Source: Candidatus Latescibacterota bacterium | GTDB lineage: Bacteria > Latescibacterota > UBA2968 > UBA8231 | Assembly: GCA_964291625.2 (NCBI GenBank) | Contig: OZ220090.1 | Location: 992,001-1,056,000 of the forward strand | DNA length: 64,000 nt | Direction: 5' to 3' | Shown: piece after piece, positions 47,325 to 56,919 of the stretch | Position numbering within the stretch: position 1 is the first letter of the stretch | How the letters are laid out: every line of letters starts with the position of its first letter | Notes under the pieces: model-generated | Told to the model about the DNA's origin: nothing | Database searches by the model: none | What the model saw: the letters and a program-made list of their open reading frames with translations, nothing else | Translations under genes and position numbers: made by a program

Positions 47325-48557
47325 GTGGGCCGGGCGGCGAGGCGATGGGTCGGCGCCGGGTGCGTGACGGCCGCGGCCACCGGGGCCGTCCTGGCCGGCA
47401 CCACCTTCCTCGGGGAAGACGCGGGCGCCTCGGTGCCCACGGCCGCCGTCACCCGGGGGGAGTTCCGCCGGACCCACGTGGAGGCCGGGCAGCTGCGCGC
47501 CGCCCGCGACGAGAAGGTCGTCTCCCCCCGGGTGCGGGGCGACCTCAAGATCGTGCACCTGTGGCCCGATGGAGAGCAGGTCGAGGCGGGGGACCTGATC
47601 CTGCAGTTCGACCGCGCCTGGCATGCCCAGGAGATCAAGGACAAGGTCAGCCGGCTGAAGCAGGCCAGGGCCGACCTGGTGAAGTTCGAGGCCGAGCAGA
47701 AGCGGCGGCGCGCCGAGCTGACCATGCAGGTGGCCCAGAAGGAGGCGGCCCTGGAGCTGGCCCGGATCAGCCTGGACAAGGCGGAGTACGGCTCGGCCAT
47801 CGAGCGCGAGGAGGCCCGCATCGGCGTCGGACAGGCCGAGCGCGCCATCAAGGACGCGCGCGCCAACCTCGAGGCCCAGGAGATCGTGGAACGCGTCGAG
47901 CGGTCGAACAGGGAGATCCACATCGGCCACCGGCAGCAGAGCTACGACCGCGCCGTCTCCGACTACGAGCGGCTCAGCGTGCGCGCCACCCGGCCGGGCC
48001 TGGTCGTCCACGAGGTGATCCGCAAGCGCGGCGCCGGCCGCAGGGAAAAGGTGAAGGAGGGGGACGTGGTCTGGAGCGGCATGAGCCTGGTGGCCCTGCC
48101 GGAGCTGGACTCGATGCAGGTCGTCTCCCAGGTGGGCGAGATGGACGTGCACTCGGTGGCGGCGGGACTGCCGGCCCTGATCCGGCTCGAGGCCCTGCCG
48201 GGCCCCGTCTTCCACGGCGCCGTCCGCGAGGTGGCTCCCATGGCCGCCGAGAAGGAGGGCGCCCCCAACGTGCAGGTCTTCGAGATGATCGTCGACATCG
48301 CCGAGCAGGACGACCGCCTCTTCCCGGGGATGTCCGCCTCGGTGGAGGTGATCCTGCAGACCCGGCCGGACGTCCTGACCCTGCCCCTCGACGCCGTCCA
48401 CCCCCGGGGGGAGGGCACCATCGTCTGGCGCCGGGGGTCCGGAGGCTTCGAGGCCGTGGAGGTAACGGCAGGCGAGGCCAACGGCCTCCGGGTCGTCATC
48501 GAGGCGGGCCTGCAGGAGGGCGATGTCGTCGCCCTTCGCGACCCGGGCCTGATATAG
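47325..48557 (+). CDS. Periplasmic adaptor / membrane fusion protein (MacA-like) 1
   Basis: N-terminal anchor, G.QVEAGD lipoyl half, coiled-coil hairpin, PGMSA, GLQEGD. Confidence 0.88.
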   Translation: MGRAARRWVGAGCVTAAATGAVLAGTTFLGEDAGASVPTAAVTRGEFRRTHVEAGQLRAARDEKVVSPRVRGDLKIVHLWPDGEQVEAGDLILQFDRAWHAQEIKDKVSRLKQARADLVKFEAEQKRRRAELTMQVAQKEAALELARISLDKAEYGSAIEREEARIGVGQAERAIKDARANLEAQEIVERVERSNREIHIGHRQQSYDRAVSDYERLSVRATRPGLVVHEVIRKRGAGRREKVKEGDVVWSGMSLVALPELDSMQVVSQVGEMDVHSVAAGLPALIRLEALPGPVFHGAVREVAPMAAEKEGAPNVQVFEMIVDIAEQDDRLFPGMSASVEVILQTRPDVLTLPLDAVHPRGEGTIVWRRGSGGFEAVEVTAGEANGLRVVIEAGLQEGDVVALRDPGLI

Positions 48558-48568
48558 GAGAGCCGGAC

Positions 48569-49930
48569 ATGGCCGCCAACCACCGTTTCGCCGCTCCCCG
48601 GACCCTGCTGCTGGCCGCGGGCCTGCTGCTGCTGGTGGCCGCGGGGGTGGCCGCCTCCCGGCTGCTGTTGCAGGAGCAGAGCGCCGCCGTCGCCTCCTTC
48701 CCCGTGCAGCAGGGCGAGTTCGTCATCTCCCTGCAGCTGAAGGACGGCGAGCTGGAGGCGATCAAGTCCGAGCAGATCACCTCGCCGAGGGTGCGCGGCC
48801 AGCTCAAGATCACCCACCTCTTCCCCGAGGGCGAGGTCGTGGAGGTGGGCGACCTGGTGATCGAGTTCGACCGCGTCGAGTTCGAGAAGGAAGTCACCGA
48901 GAAGGAGCAGGAACTCGAAGCGGCCAGGGCCGAGCTGGGCAAGACCCTGGCCAACCAGGGCGTGGAGATGGCCCGCCAGGAGGCGGACATCGAGAACAAG
49001 GAGAACTCCCTGCGCCTGGCCGAGCTGCAGATGGAGAAGATGAAGTTCGAGTCCTTCGTCGACCGCGAGGAGGCCAAGCTCAAGGCCCGGCAGGCGGAGC
49101 TGGCCCTGGAGCAGGCCCGCAAGAAGATCGAGGCCCAGCGCATCGTCGACGAGGCGGAGCGCACCAAGCAGGAGCTGCGCGTGGCCGACGAGGAGCGGGC
49201 CATAGAACGCGCCACCAAGGACCTCGAGGCCCTCTCCATCCACGCCGAGAAGCCCGGCCTCGTGGTCTACCAGAGGATCTGGAAGGGCTCCCGGCCGGAG
49301 AAGATCCGGGTCGGCGACGAGCCCTGGGGGGGCCAGACCCTGATCACCCTGCCCGATCTCTCGCGCATGCGGGTCAAGACCTGGGTCAACGAGGTCGACG
49401 TGGACAAGCTCGAGGTGGGCAACGAGGTCCTGGTCCGCCTCGACGCCCTGCCGGGCCCGGTCTTCCACGGCAAGATCTCGAACATCGCCTCCCTCGGCCA
49501 CGAGAAGGAGGGCGACAAGAACGTGCAGGTCTTCGACATCCTCGTGGAGATCGACGAGGAGGACCCGCGTCTGAAGCCGGGCATGACCGCCGCCTGCGAG
49601 GTCATCGTCGAGACGATCCCGCCTCGTCCCCCGGAGGACGAGGCCGAGATCGAGGAGACCGAGGAGACCGACGCCGTCGAGATCCCCCTCTACATCCCCA
49701 TCGACGCCGTCTTCGAGAAGGGCGGGCGCACCCTCGTCTACCGGATGCAGGGCAGCCAGCCGGTGGAGCAGGAGGTCGCCCTGGGAGCGCGCAACGAGGA
49801 CTACGTCATCGTCGAGGAGGGCCTGGGCAGCAACGACCGGGTGGCCCTGCGCGACCCGACGGTGGTCCTGGAGAAACTCGGCGGCGTCGAGGAGGCCCAG
49901 GCGGCGGCGCCGGCCGCCGCCGTGGAGTAA
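48569..49930 (+). CDS. Periplasmic adaptor / membrane fusion protein (MacA-like) 2
   Basis: AGGAG SD, TM anchor, PEGEVVEVGD, long coiled coil, LKPGMTA; paralogue of the preceding gene. Confidence 0.9.
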   Translation: MAANHRFAAPRTLLLAAGLLLLVAAGVAASRLLLQEQSAAVASFPVQQGEFVISLQLKDGELEAIKSEQITSPRVRGQLKITHLFPEGEVVEVGDLVIEFDRVEFEKEVTEKEQELEAARAELGKTLANQGVEMARQEADIENKENSLRLAELQMEKMKFESFVDREEAKLKARQAELALEQARKKIEAQRIVDEAERTKQELRVADEERAIERATKDLEALSIHAEKPGLVVYQRIWKGSRPEKIRVGDEPWGGQTLITLPDLSRMRVKTWVNEVDVDKLEVGNEVLVRLDALPGPVFHGKISNIASLGHEKEGDKNVQVFDILVEIDEEDPRLKPGMTAACEVIVETIPPRPPEDEAEIEETEETDAVEIPLYIPIDAVFEKGGRTLVYRMQGSQPVEQEVALGARNEDYVIVEEGLGSNDRVALRDPTVVLEKLGGVEEAQAAAPAAAVE

Positions 49931-49935
49931 GCCCG

Positions 49936-51183
49936 GTGGACCTGCGCGAGACCTTCGACCTGTCGGTGGCGGGACTGATGTCCCACAAGCTGCGCACCAC
50001 CCTCACGATGCTCGGCATCATCTTCGGCGTCGGCGCCGTCATCGCCATGCTCTCCATCGGCGAGGGGGCCAAGCAGGAGGCCCTGCAGCAGATCAGCCAG
50101 ATGGGGATCCACAACATCATCGTCCAGCACTGGAACCCCGAGGAGGAAGAGGGGGGGGACGAGGAGGGCGGCAGCAGCAATCTGTCTCAGGGGCTGACCC
50201 GGGCCGACGCCCGGGCGGTGCGTGAGATCTGCCCCCTGGCGCGCATCGTCACCCCCCAGCGCGAGCTGAAGGTCAAGGCCCGCTACCAGAGCAACGCCTT
50301 CCAGACGATGCTCGTGGGGACCACTCCCGAGTACATCGAGGTGCTCAACGCCTCGATGAAGGAGGGGGTCTTCCTGACCGAGGAGGACCTGCTGGAGGCT
50401 CGCCGCGTCTGCGTCCTCGGCAGCGACGCCAAGCGCAACCTGTTCTACTTCGAGGAGGCCCTGGGCCGGCAGATCAAGGTCCAGGACCAGTGGTACACGG
50501 TCGTCGGCGTCCTGCGGGACAAGGGCGCGGCGGGCGGCAAGATCGGCGGCGTCCTCGAGGTGCGGAACACCGACGAGGACATCTACATCCCCCTGAACAC
50601 GATCCTCAAGCGGTTCAAGTGGGAGGCCACCGACCCCGAGCTGACGCAGATCACGGTGAAGGTGACCGACCCCGCCCGCCTGCAGGAGGCGGCCAACATC
50701 GTGCGCTCCATCCTGCAGCGGCGGCACCGCGGCGTCGACGACTTCAAGATCGCCATCCCCGAGGAGCTGATGCGCCAGAGCCAGCGCACCCAGGCGATCT
50801 TCAACGTCGTCATGGGCTGCATCGCCGGCATCTCCCTGGTGGTGGGCGGCATCGGCATCATGAACATCATGCTCGCCTCCGTTCTCGAGCGCACCCGGGA
50901 GATCGGCATCCGCCGGGCCCTCGGAGCGCGCCGGCGAGACGTGCTGGCCCAGTTCCTCGTGGAGGCGGTGATGGTGAGCCTCATCGGCGGCATCATCGGC
51001 GTGCTCCTCGGCTACTCCATGACCGAGGTCATCACCCTCTACGCCGAGTGGAAGACGATCGTCCAGCCCTGGACGATCGCCCTCGCCTTCGGGGTGGCCG
51101 CCGCCGTGGGCATCGGCTTCGGCTACTACCCCGCCCGCCAGGCGGCCCTGCTCAACCCGATCGACGCCCTGCGCTACGAGTAG
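49936..51183 (+). CDS. MacB-type ABC permease
   Basis: LTMLGIIFGV, VGGIGIMNIMLASVLERTREIGIR, PARQAA.LNPIDALRYE. Confidence 0.95.
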   Translation: MDLRETFDLSVAGLMSHKLRTTLTMLGIIFGVGAVIAMLSIGEGAKQEALQQISQMGIHNIIVQHWNPEEEEGGDEEGGSSNLSQGLTRADARAVREICPLARIVTPQRELKVKARYQSNAFQTMLVGTTPEYIEVLNASMKEGVFLTEEDLLEARRVCVLGSDAKRNLFYFEEALGRQIKVQDQWYTVVGVLRDKGAAGGKIGGVLEVRNTDEDIYIPLNTILKRFKWEATDPELTQITVKVTDPARLQEAANIVRSILQRRHRGVDDFKIAIPEELMRQSQRTQAIFNVVMGCIAGISLVVGGIGIMNIMLASVLERTREIGIRRALGARRRDVLAQFLVEAVMVSLIGGIIGVLLGYSMTEVITLYAEWKTIVQPWTIALAFGVAAAVGIGFGYYPARQAALLNPIDALRYE

Positions 51184-51187
51184 GGCC

Positions 51188-51988
51188 TCAGACCAGCCGC
51201 ACCAGCTCGATCCCCGTCTCGCCCCGGCGGGCCCGCTCGTGGGGGTAGGCGAGGGGCCGCTGCACGTAGCGGACCCCGTCGATGACGGCGTCCCAGGCGA
51301 TGTGGGTGTGGCCGAACAGGTGCAGCCGCGAGCCGGCGGCGCGCAGCTGCCGGTCGAGCCGCAGGGTGCCGGAGACGCGCGGCAGCTCCTTGAACCGCAG
51401 CCCCTCCAGCGGCGGGATCAGCTCCGGCCGCGGCACGAAGTGGGAGAAGCTCAGCACCCGGCGGCCCGGCGGCGGGCGCAGGACCGGCCGGTTGAGCTGC
51501 TCGAACCAGGCGCAGCGGTCGGCGTCGGTCGACTGCTCCGGCGGCCAGCGGCAGCGGTTGGGGTCGGACCAGTGGCGGGACATTTCGACGTCGGGTGCTC
51601 CCTCCGCGCCGAAACCGGGCTCGTACCAGCCGTGCAGGGGCAGGACCCACCAGTCCGGCCCGGCGGGGCCAGGCTCCATCTGGATGCCGAGGCGGCCGGC
51701 CAGGCGCCGCAGGGCCTCCAGCCGGTCGAGGGAGCTCTCCGGCGCCGCTCCCTCCGGGGCCGGCTCCCCGTTCTCCACCCACAGGTCGTGGTTGCCGGGC
51801 ACCAGGAAGACCCGCTCGAAGCGGTCGGCCAGCAGGCCGAGGGCCTCCTCGGCGCGGTCCAGCCGGTGGCAGATGTCGCCGGCCACCACCAGGGTGTCGG
51901 CGCGGTGGGGCCCCACGGGCAGGGAGGCGACCTGCTCCAGGTTGGGGGCGAAGTCGACGTGGAGGTCGGAGATGCCGAAGATGCGCAC
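51188..51988 (-). CDS. Calcineurin-like metallophosphoesterase
   Basis: SDLH, AGD, PGNHD, SHF, GHTH. Confidence 0.92.
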   Translation of the reverse strand: MRIFGISDLHVDFAPNLEQVASLPVGPHRADTLVVAGDICHRLDRAEEALGLLADRFERVFLVPGNHDLWVENGEPAPEGAAPESSLDRLEALRRLAGRLGIQMEPGPAGPDWWVLPLHGWYEPGFGAEGAPDVEMSRHWSDPNRCRWPPEQSTDADRCAWFEQLNRPVLRPPPGRRVLSFSHFVPRPELIPPLEGLRFKELPRVSGTLRLDRQLRAAGSRLHLFGHTHIAWDAVIDGVRYVQRPLAYPHERARRGETGIELVRLV

Positions 51989-52014
51989 GGGTCGTCAGCC
52001 GGCGTGGTGGGAGG

Positions 52015-52317
52015 TCAGCCGCCGCGCCCGCGGCGGCGCTGCAACCTGGCCAGCCGGGTCGAGTGCCGCGGGCTGCAGGTACGTGTCCAGGGCCAGCGCC
52101 GGAGGCGGTCCGGCGAGATCGACTCCTCGCAGCCGGGCAGAGCGCAGACGGCCGCCGCGTCGTCTTCGGCGGTCTCGGAGGTCTCCCGGTCGCCGGTCGT
52201 CCCGACGATCCGGACCGTCCACGGCCGGGTCCGGGAAGCCTGCCACATGACGACCAGACTCCACACCAGGATCCCGATGCCGACGCCCGTCACGACCAAC
52301 AAGAGGTCCTCCACCAT
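52015..52317 (-). CDS. Small membrane protein with DksA/TraR-like zinc-finger motif
   Basis: N-terminal TM helix; CALPGC-x17-CSPRH including I..DRL...P..RTC. Confidence 0.5.
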   Translation of the reverse strand: MVEDLLLVVTGVGIGILVWSLVVMWQASRTRPWTVRIVGTTGDRETSETAEDDAAAVCALPGCEESISPDRLRRWPWTRTCSPRHSTRLARLQRRRGRGG

Positions 52318-52529
52318 GCCGCCGTCCTCCCGGCGCCGAAAGTACCCGGCGCCGTCGGCGAGTCAAACCAGGGACGGCGGAGGCGCGGCCCGGCGGCCGG
52401 CCGCCGGCTGACGGGTCGTGACGCGGCTCCCGGCCCCCCCGGCGGGCGGCCTGTGGACAGGGGCGGCGGCGGCGCTTTCCTTGGCCCCCGTTCCCCCGAC
52501 GTGAGGCCTCGCTTCCAAGGAGAATCCCG

Positions 52530-53642
52530 ATGCCGTACCGCGCCGCCGTGATCGGCCTCGGCCGCATGGGCAGCACCTTCGACGACGAGATCGAGTGGGG
52601 CGGCTCGATCTTCCTGCCCTACTGCCACGGGCCCAGCTACCACGCCCACCCCGAGGTCGAGCTGGTGGCCGGCGCCGACCCCCACGACGAGCAGCGGGCC
52701 ATCTTCGGCGAGCGCTGGGGCCTGGAGTCCGGCCATCTCTACGCCGACTACCGGGAGATGCTCGCCGAGGAGCGGCTCGACCTGGTGAGCGTCTGCACCA
52801 CGGCGCGGGTCCGCCGCCGCATCGTCGTCGACTGCGCCGCCGCCGGGGTGCGGGCGATCTGGGCCGAGAAGCCCCTGGCCCTGACCCTGGCCGAGGCCGA
52901 CGACATGGTCGACGCCTGCCGCCGCCACGGCGCCGCCCTGGCCGTCAACTGCGCCCGCCGCTGGAACCCGTTCTACGCCGAGACCCGCCGGCGCATCGAC
53001 AGCGGCGACCTGGGGCGGGTCCTGCAGGTCACGGCCTACGCCCAGTGCGGCCTCTCCCACAACGGCTCCCACGCCATCGACATCATCCGCTACCTCGCCG
53101 GCGGCCGGGTGAGCTGGGTCTTCGGCGAGATGGAGTCCGACGAGGCCGCCGCCGGCGAGACCGACCTGCAGGGCAACGCCTACCTCGCCTTCGACAACGG
53201 CGTGCGCGCCTACCTGCGGTCCACGGAGGGCGGACTCGCCTCCTGGGAGGTGGACGTGATCGGAACCGGGGGCCGGGTGCGCTCCGGCGCCAACGCCCTC
53301 GACTGGGAGATGTGGCGGCCGGTATCCGGCGGTCCCCGCAACCGCGGCCTGGCGGCGCGGGTGCCCTTCCCCTGGCCGGCGCGCATGCAGGGCATGGGCC
53401 TGACCATCGTCGACGACCTGATCGACTGCATCGAGTCCGGCGGCGATCCGCGCTGCTCCGGCGACGACGGGCGGGCGGCGCTGGAGGTGGCCGTGGCCCT
53501 GCGCGAGTCCCACCGGCGGGGGTGCGTCAAGGTCGAGCTGCCCCTGGCCGACCGCGGCCTCGGCATCCTCTCCTCGGAGATCCGGGAGGACGACGTGCCG
53601 GCGCGGGTGCGCCGGGAGAGGGCGGCGGCTCAGTCCCGCTGA
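52530..53642 (+). CDS. Gfo/Idh/MocA family oxidoreductase
   Basis: VIGLGRMG, DLVSVCT, AEKP, HNGSHAID; AGGAG SD. Confidence 0.9.
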   Translation: MPYRAAVIGLGRMGSTFDDEIEWGGSIFLPYCHGPSYHAHPEVELVAGADPHDEQRAIFGERWGLESGHLYADYREMLAEERLDLVSVCTTARVRRRIVVDCAAAGVRAIWAEKPLALTLAEADDMVDACRRHGAALAVNCARRWNPFYAETRRRIDSGDLGRVLQVTAYAQCGLSHNGSHAIDIIRYLAGGRVSWVFGEMESDEAAAGETDLQGNAYLAFDNGVRAYLRSTEGGLASWEVDVIGTGGRVRSGANALDWEMWRPVSGGPRNRGLAARVPFPWPARMQGMGLTIVDDLIDCIESGGDPRCSGDDGRAALEVAVALRESHRRGCVKVELPLADRGLGILSSEIREDDVPARVRRERAAAQSR

Positions 53643-54388
53643 GGCAGCAGCCGGCGGGCGTTGCCGCCGAGGATCGCCCCCGCCTCGGGCGGCTCCAGGT
53701 CCAGCACCACGCGGGCGAGGCCGGCCAGGGGCACGAAGAACGGGGCGTGGGTGCCGAAGAGCAGGCGCGGCGTGAGGCCCGCGTCCACCATGCGCAGCAG
53801 GCTGTCCATGCCGTCGGCCTGGGAGACGTCGGCGTAGAGCCGTTCCAGGGAGAGGATCCGGGGAGCCAGGTCGAGGATCGCACTCCAGGGGGCCCCGCCG
53901 ATGACCACCGGCACCCGGGGATTCCGCCGCGCCAGATCCGCTATCTCCTGCGGATCCACGTCGTGGACCACCGCCCGGGGATGCTGCCGCCGGGGATCCT
54001 CCAGCCGGGCCTGCACGGACAGGACCAGTCCGGCCTCGCCCACGGCCGCGGCGCACTCGTCGGCGTCCCCCAGGTCGAATCCGCCGTAGGCCGGCAGCCA
54101 GCGCACCGCGGGCGCTCCCCTGTCCACGGCCAGGGTCAGCTCCTCGCCCCAGGTGGCCAGGCCCGGGTCGAGGACGGGGACGGGCCGCACCGACGGGAAA
54201 CGCTCCGCCGCCTCGTAGACGTCGGCGTTGGCCAGGTGCGGGTTGTGGGCGAAGGCGGCGTCCAGGGGCGACAGCAGCACGCTCCCGACGCCCACCTCCT
54301 CCAGCGAGGCCACCACCCGGTCCGCCGATCCAGGCAGCCGCAGCGACGCCCAGTGGCCGGTCCAGGCGCAGACGTCGACGATCTCCAC
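53630..54388 (-). CDS. Amidohydrolase_2-like protein with degenerate metal ligands
   Basis: TIM-barrel amidohydrolase layout, LFGTHAPF, ILGGNARRLL; DVCAW instead of DxHxH. Confidence 0.75.
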   Translation of the reverse strand: MEIVDVCAWTGHWASLRLPGSADRVVASLEEVGVGSVLLSPLDAAFAHNPHLANADVYEAAERFPSVRPVPVLDPGLATWGEELTLAVDRGAPAVRWLPAYGGFDLGDADECAAAVGEAGLVLSVQARLEDPRRQHPRAVVHDVDPQEIADLARRNPRVPVVIGGAPWSAILDLAPRILSLERLYADVSQADGMDSLLRMVDAGLTPRLLFGTHAPFFVPLAGLARVVLDLEPPEAGAILGGNARRLLPQRD

Positions 54389-54394
54389 GCTCCC

Positions 54395-55228
54395 TCAGTC
54401 CCCCAGGCCGGCCCGCGCCGGCAGCAGCCCCCGCAGGTTGTCCCACAGGATGCGGCGCCTGTCCGCCGCCGCCAGGTCCGCCCCGAGGACCTTGGCCAGG
54501 GTGACGCCGAAGTGGCGGATCGGCGCGTCCGACCCGTAGACCACGCGCCCCGCCCCCAGGCGCCGCACGGCCAGCTCCACCATGCCGCTCTCCGGGTCGC
54601 CTCCCGAGGTGTCCACGAAGACGTTGGCGCAGTCCCGGACATCCTCGACGCCCCGGGGGTTGCAGCCGTTGAGGTGGGCCATGACGATCCGCGCCTCCGG
54701 GTGGCGGCGGGCCAGGTGGGCCACGTCGGCCGGGAAGGACTCCCCCGCCAGGTTGCCCGTGGTCTTGCGCCAGGCGTGCTGCAGCACGGGCACGTCCAGC
54801 TCGACCGCGCGGCTCAGGATCGGGTCGAGGCCGGCCTCGCAGGCGCGCCGGGCGACCCACAGCTTGACGCCCACCATGCCCTCGCCGGCGACGCAGCGGT
54901 CGATCTCGGCCGCCGCCTCCTGCGGGTGCGCCGGCGAGACGTAGCAGAAGGGCAGGAAGAACCCCTCCGAGACGTCGCGCATGGCCAGGGCGTAGTCGTT
55001 GGCCTGGCGGCACTGGTCCGGCGTCGGCTCCCGGGGCGTGCTCGAGTGCAGGGAGAACAGGACCGCCCGGGTGATCCCGGCCCGGCGGGCGGCCTCGCCC
55101 AGCCGGCGCGCGTCCTCGGCCGGTCCCGACAGGGGGAAGCCGCCGAAGTTGTCCAGCGGGTGGACGTGGGCGTCGATGACGGGCCCGCCCGGGTCGAGGC
55201 GGCGGCGCAGGTCGGCGAGAGAGGTCAC
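54395..55228 (-). CDS. Amidohydrolase_2 family metal-dependent hydrolase
   Basis: IDAHVH, GVKL, LQHAW, MAHL, YGSDAP. Confidence 0.88.
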   Translation of the reverse strand: MTSLADLRRRLDPGGPVIDAHVHPLDNFGGFPLSGPAEDARRLGEAARRAGITRAVLFSLHSSTPREPTPDQCRQANDYALAMRDVSEGFFLPFCYVSPAHPQEAAAEIDRCVAGEGMVGVKLWVARRACEAGLDPILSRAVELDVPVLQHAWRKTTGNLAGESFPADVAHLARRHPEARIVMAHLNGCNPRGVEDVRDCANVFVDTSGGDPESGMVELAVRRLGAGRVVYGSDAPIRHFGVTLAKVLGADLAAADRRRILWDNLRGLLPARAGLGD

Positions 55229-55251
55229 GCGGGAAGGACGGCCGCCGAGCC

Positions 55252-56007
55252 TCAGCCGGCGGCGCGGACGTAGCGCGGACGCAGGTGCATGCGGCGGAAG
55301 CCGCGGCGGCGATAGACGCTCTCGGCCTCGCTGTCGGGCTCGGTCTCCAGCGTCGTCCAGCGGTTGCCCAGGGCCGCCGAGTCGGCCGCGGCGCGCGCCA
55401 CCAGGGCCGAGGCCACTCCCCGGCGGCGGTGCCCGGGCAGGGTCCCCACCAGGTCGACGTAGCCCATGCCGTGATCCGAGTAGAGCAGGGCCGTGCCCGC
55501 CGGCTCGCCGCGGCGGCGGGCCAGGTAGAGTTGCACCCTGGGGGTGTCGAGGACGCTGCGGCCCAGCTCTCCGGCCCCGGGCGGGAGGTCGAAGCTCCGG
55601 CACCACACCTGCGACCAGAGACCGTACTCCCCGGCCCCGGGAACGACGACCTCCACCTCCGGGGCCCGCAGCGGCTCGGCGGGACGGTCGCAGAGCATGG
55701 CGGTGGCCCGGATCGCGAGGTCGAACCCGCGCTGCAGCAGCCGCTCGCCGAGGTCGGCGGGCCGGTCCAGCGGCGTCAGGGTGAAGGCGCAGTCGAAGGC
55801 CTGGCGGCGGAAGTGGTCCAGGGCCGCGTCGATGAGCCGGTCGGCGTCGCCCGGTGCCGCGTCGACCTGCACCACCCGGTGCAGCATGGGGATCTTCACG
55901 TCTTCGTGGTGGAAGGCCCGCGCCCCGCCGAGGTCGCGGGAGACGCACCAGCGCGCCCGGAACTCGACCCAGAGCTGCTCGAAGACCCGGGTGAGGTCGT
56001 TCGTCAC
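55252..56007 (-). CDS. GNAT family N-acetyltransferase
   Basis: VGTLPGHRRRGVASAL acetyl-CoA motif, VYRRRGF. Confidence 0.88.
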   Translation of the reverse strand: MTNDLTRVFEQLWVEFRARWCVSRDLGGARAFHHEDVKIPMLHRVVQVDAAPGDADRLIDAALDHFRRQAFDCAFTLTPLDRPADLGERLLQRGFDLAIRATAMLCDRPAEPLRAPEVEVVVPGAGEYGLWSQVWCRSFDLPPGAGELGRSVLDTPRVQLYLARRRGEPAGTALLYSDHGMGYVDLVGTLPGHRRRGVASALVARAAADSAALGNRWTTLETEPDSEAESVYRRRGFRRMHLRPRYVRAAG

Positions 56008-56046
56008 CGGCGCGGCTCCGCCCCTCGGCAGGCCGGCCCCGGGAGG

Positions 56047-56919
56047 CTACTCCGCGCCATTGAGGATCCGGCCCATGCGCGCGTTGAAGGCGTCGATGCG
56101 CCCCTGCAGGAAAGCCAGCACCTCGCGCAGCTCCTGCTGTCTCGCCTTCAGGCGCTGCGACTCCAGCAGCAGAGGCGCCTCGGCGGGAGGCGCCACCGCG
56201 CCGTCCGGCGGCGTGTCGCCCACCTGCTGCCGCTGCGCGGCCGTGCCGCCGCGGGGGGCCAGGGCCGCCTCGCCGGGGCCGAACTGCTGCAGCAGCAGCA
56301 ACTTCCGCTCGATGGCGTCGAGGCGGTGGGAGACGCGGTGCCAGTCCTCCCGGGCCCGGGCCGCCATGTACTGGGCCAGCTCCTTCTTCTGGCGGATCTC
56401 CTCCGGGCCGTCCGCCTCGTTGAGGGCCAGCTCGTGCTCGTCGTCGAGGCGGTAGTGGCCCTGGCCGATGCTGTAGCCCAGCAGCCGGCGTTCCTCCTGG
56501 AAGACCTCCAGCTGCCGGTAGAGTCCGGCGTCCCAGCCGCCGTCCTCCAGGAGGCGGATCAGCTGGCTGATCTCCCAGTCGTAGGCGGCGCGCAGCTCCT
56601 CGTTCAGGGCTTCCATCTCGGCGGCGGCGCTGTCGAGGCGGACCTCCACGTTCAGCAGCCGCTGCAGAAGCTGCCGGGACTGGAGCTGCAGGCGCCCCAG
56701 CTCCGGCAGACCCGGGGCGCGGCTGCGGAGGCTGTCGATCCGGGAGGAGAGGGAGTCCCGGCGCGCCATGAAGCGGCTGCGGATCTTCTGCAGCGACTGC
56801 GAGACCCGGTCGATGCGCTCCCGCGAGGCCTTGAGATCGGCCAGCTCGTCCAGCTGGCCTCCCGCAGGCAGGAGCGTGCCCATGAGGGTCAGGAGCGTCA
56901 GGGGAAGGGATCGATTCAT
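56047..56919 (-). CDS. Secreted coiled-coil hypothetical protein
   Basis: Signal-peptide-like N-terminus, heptad-rich body; ATGA overlap with the response regulator. Confidence 0.65.
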   Translation of the reverse strand: MNRSLPLTLLTLMGTLLPAGGQLDELADLKASRERIDRVSQSLQKIRSRFMARRDSLSSRIDSLRSRAPGLPELGRLQLQSRQLLQRLLNVEVRLDSAAAEMEALNEELRAAYDWEISQLIRLLEDGGWDAGLYRQLEVFQEERRLLGYSIGQGHYRLDDEHELALNEADGPEEIRQKKELAQYMAARAREDWHRVSHRLDAIERKLLLLQQFGPGEAALAPRGGTAAQRQQVGDTPPDGAVAPPAEAPLLLESQRLKARQQELREVLAFLQGRIDAFNARMGRILNGAE

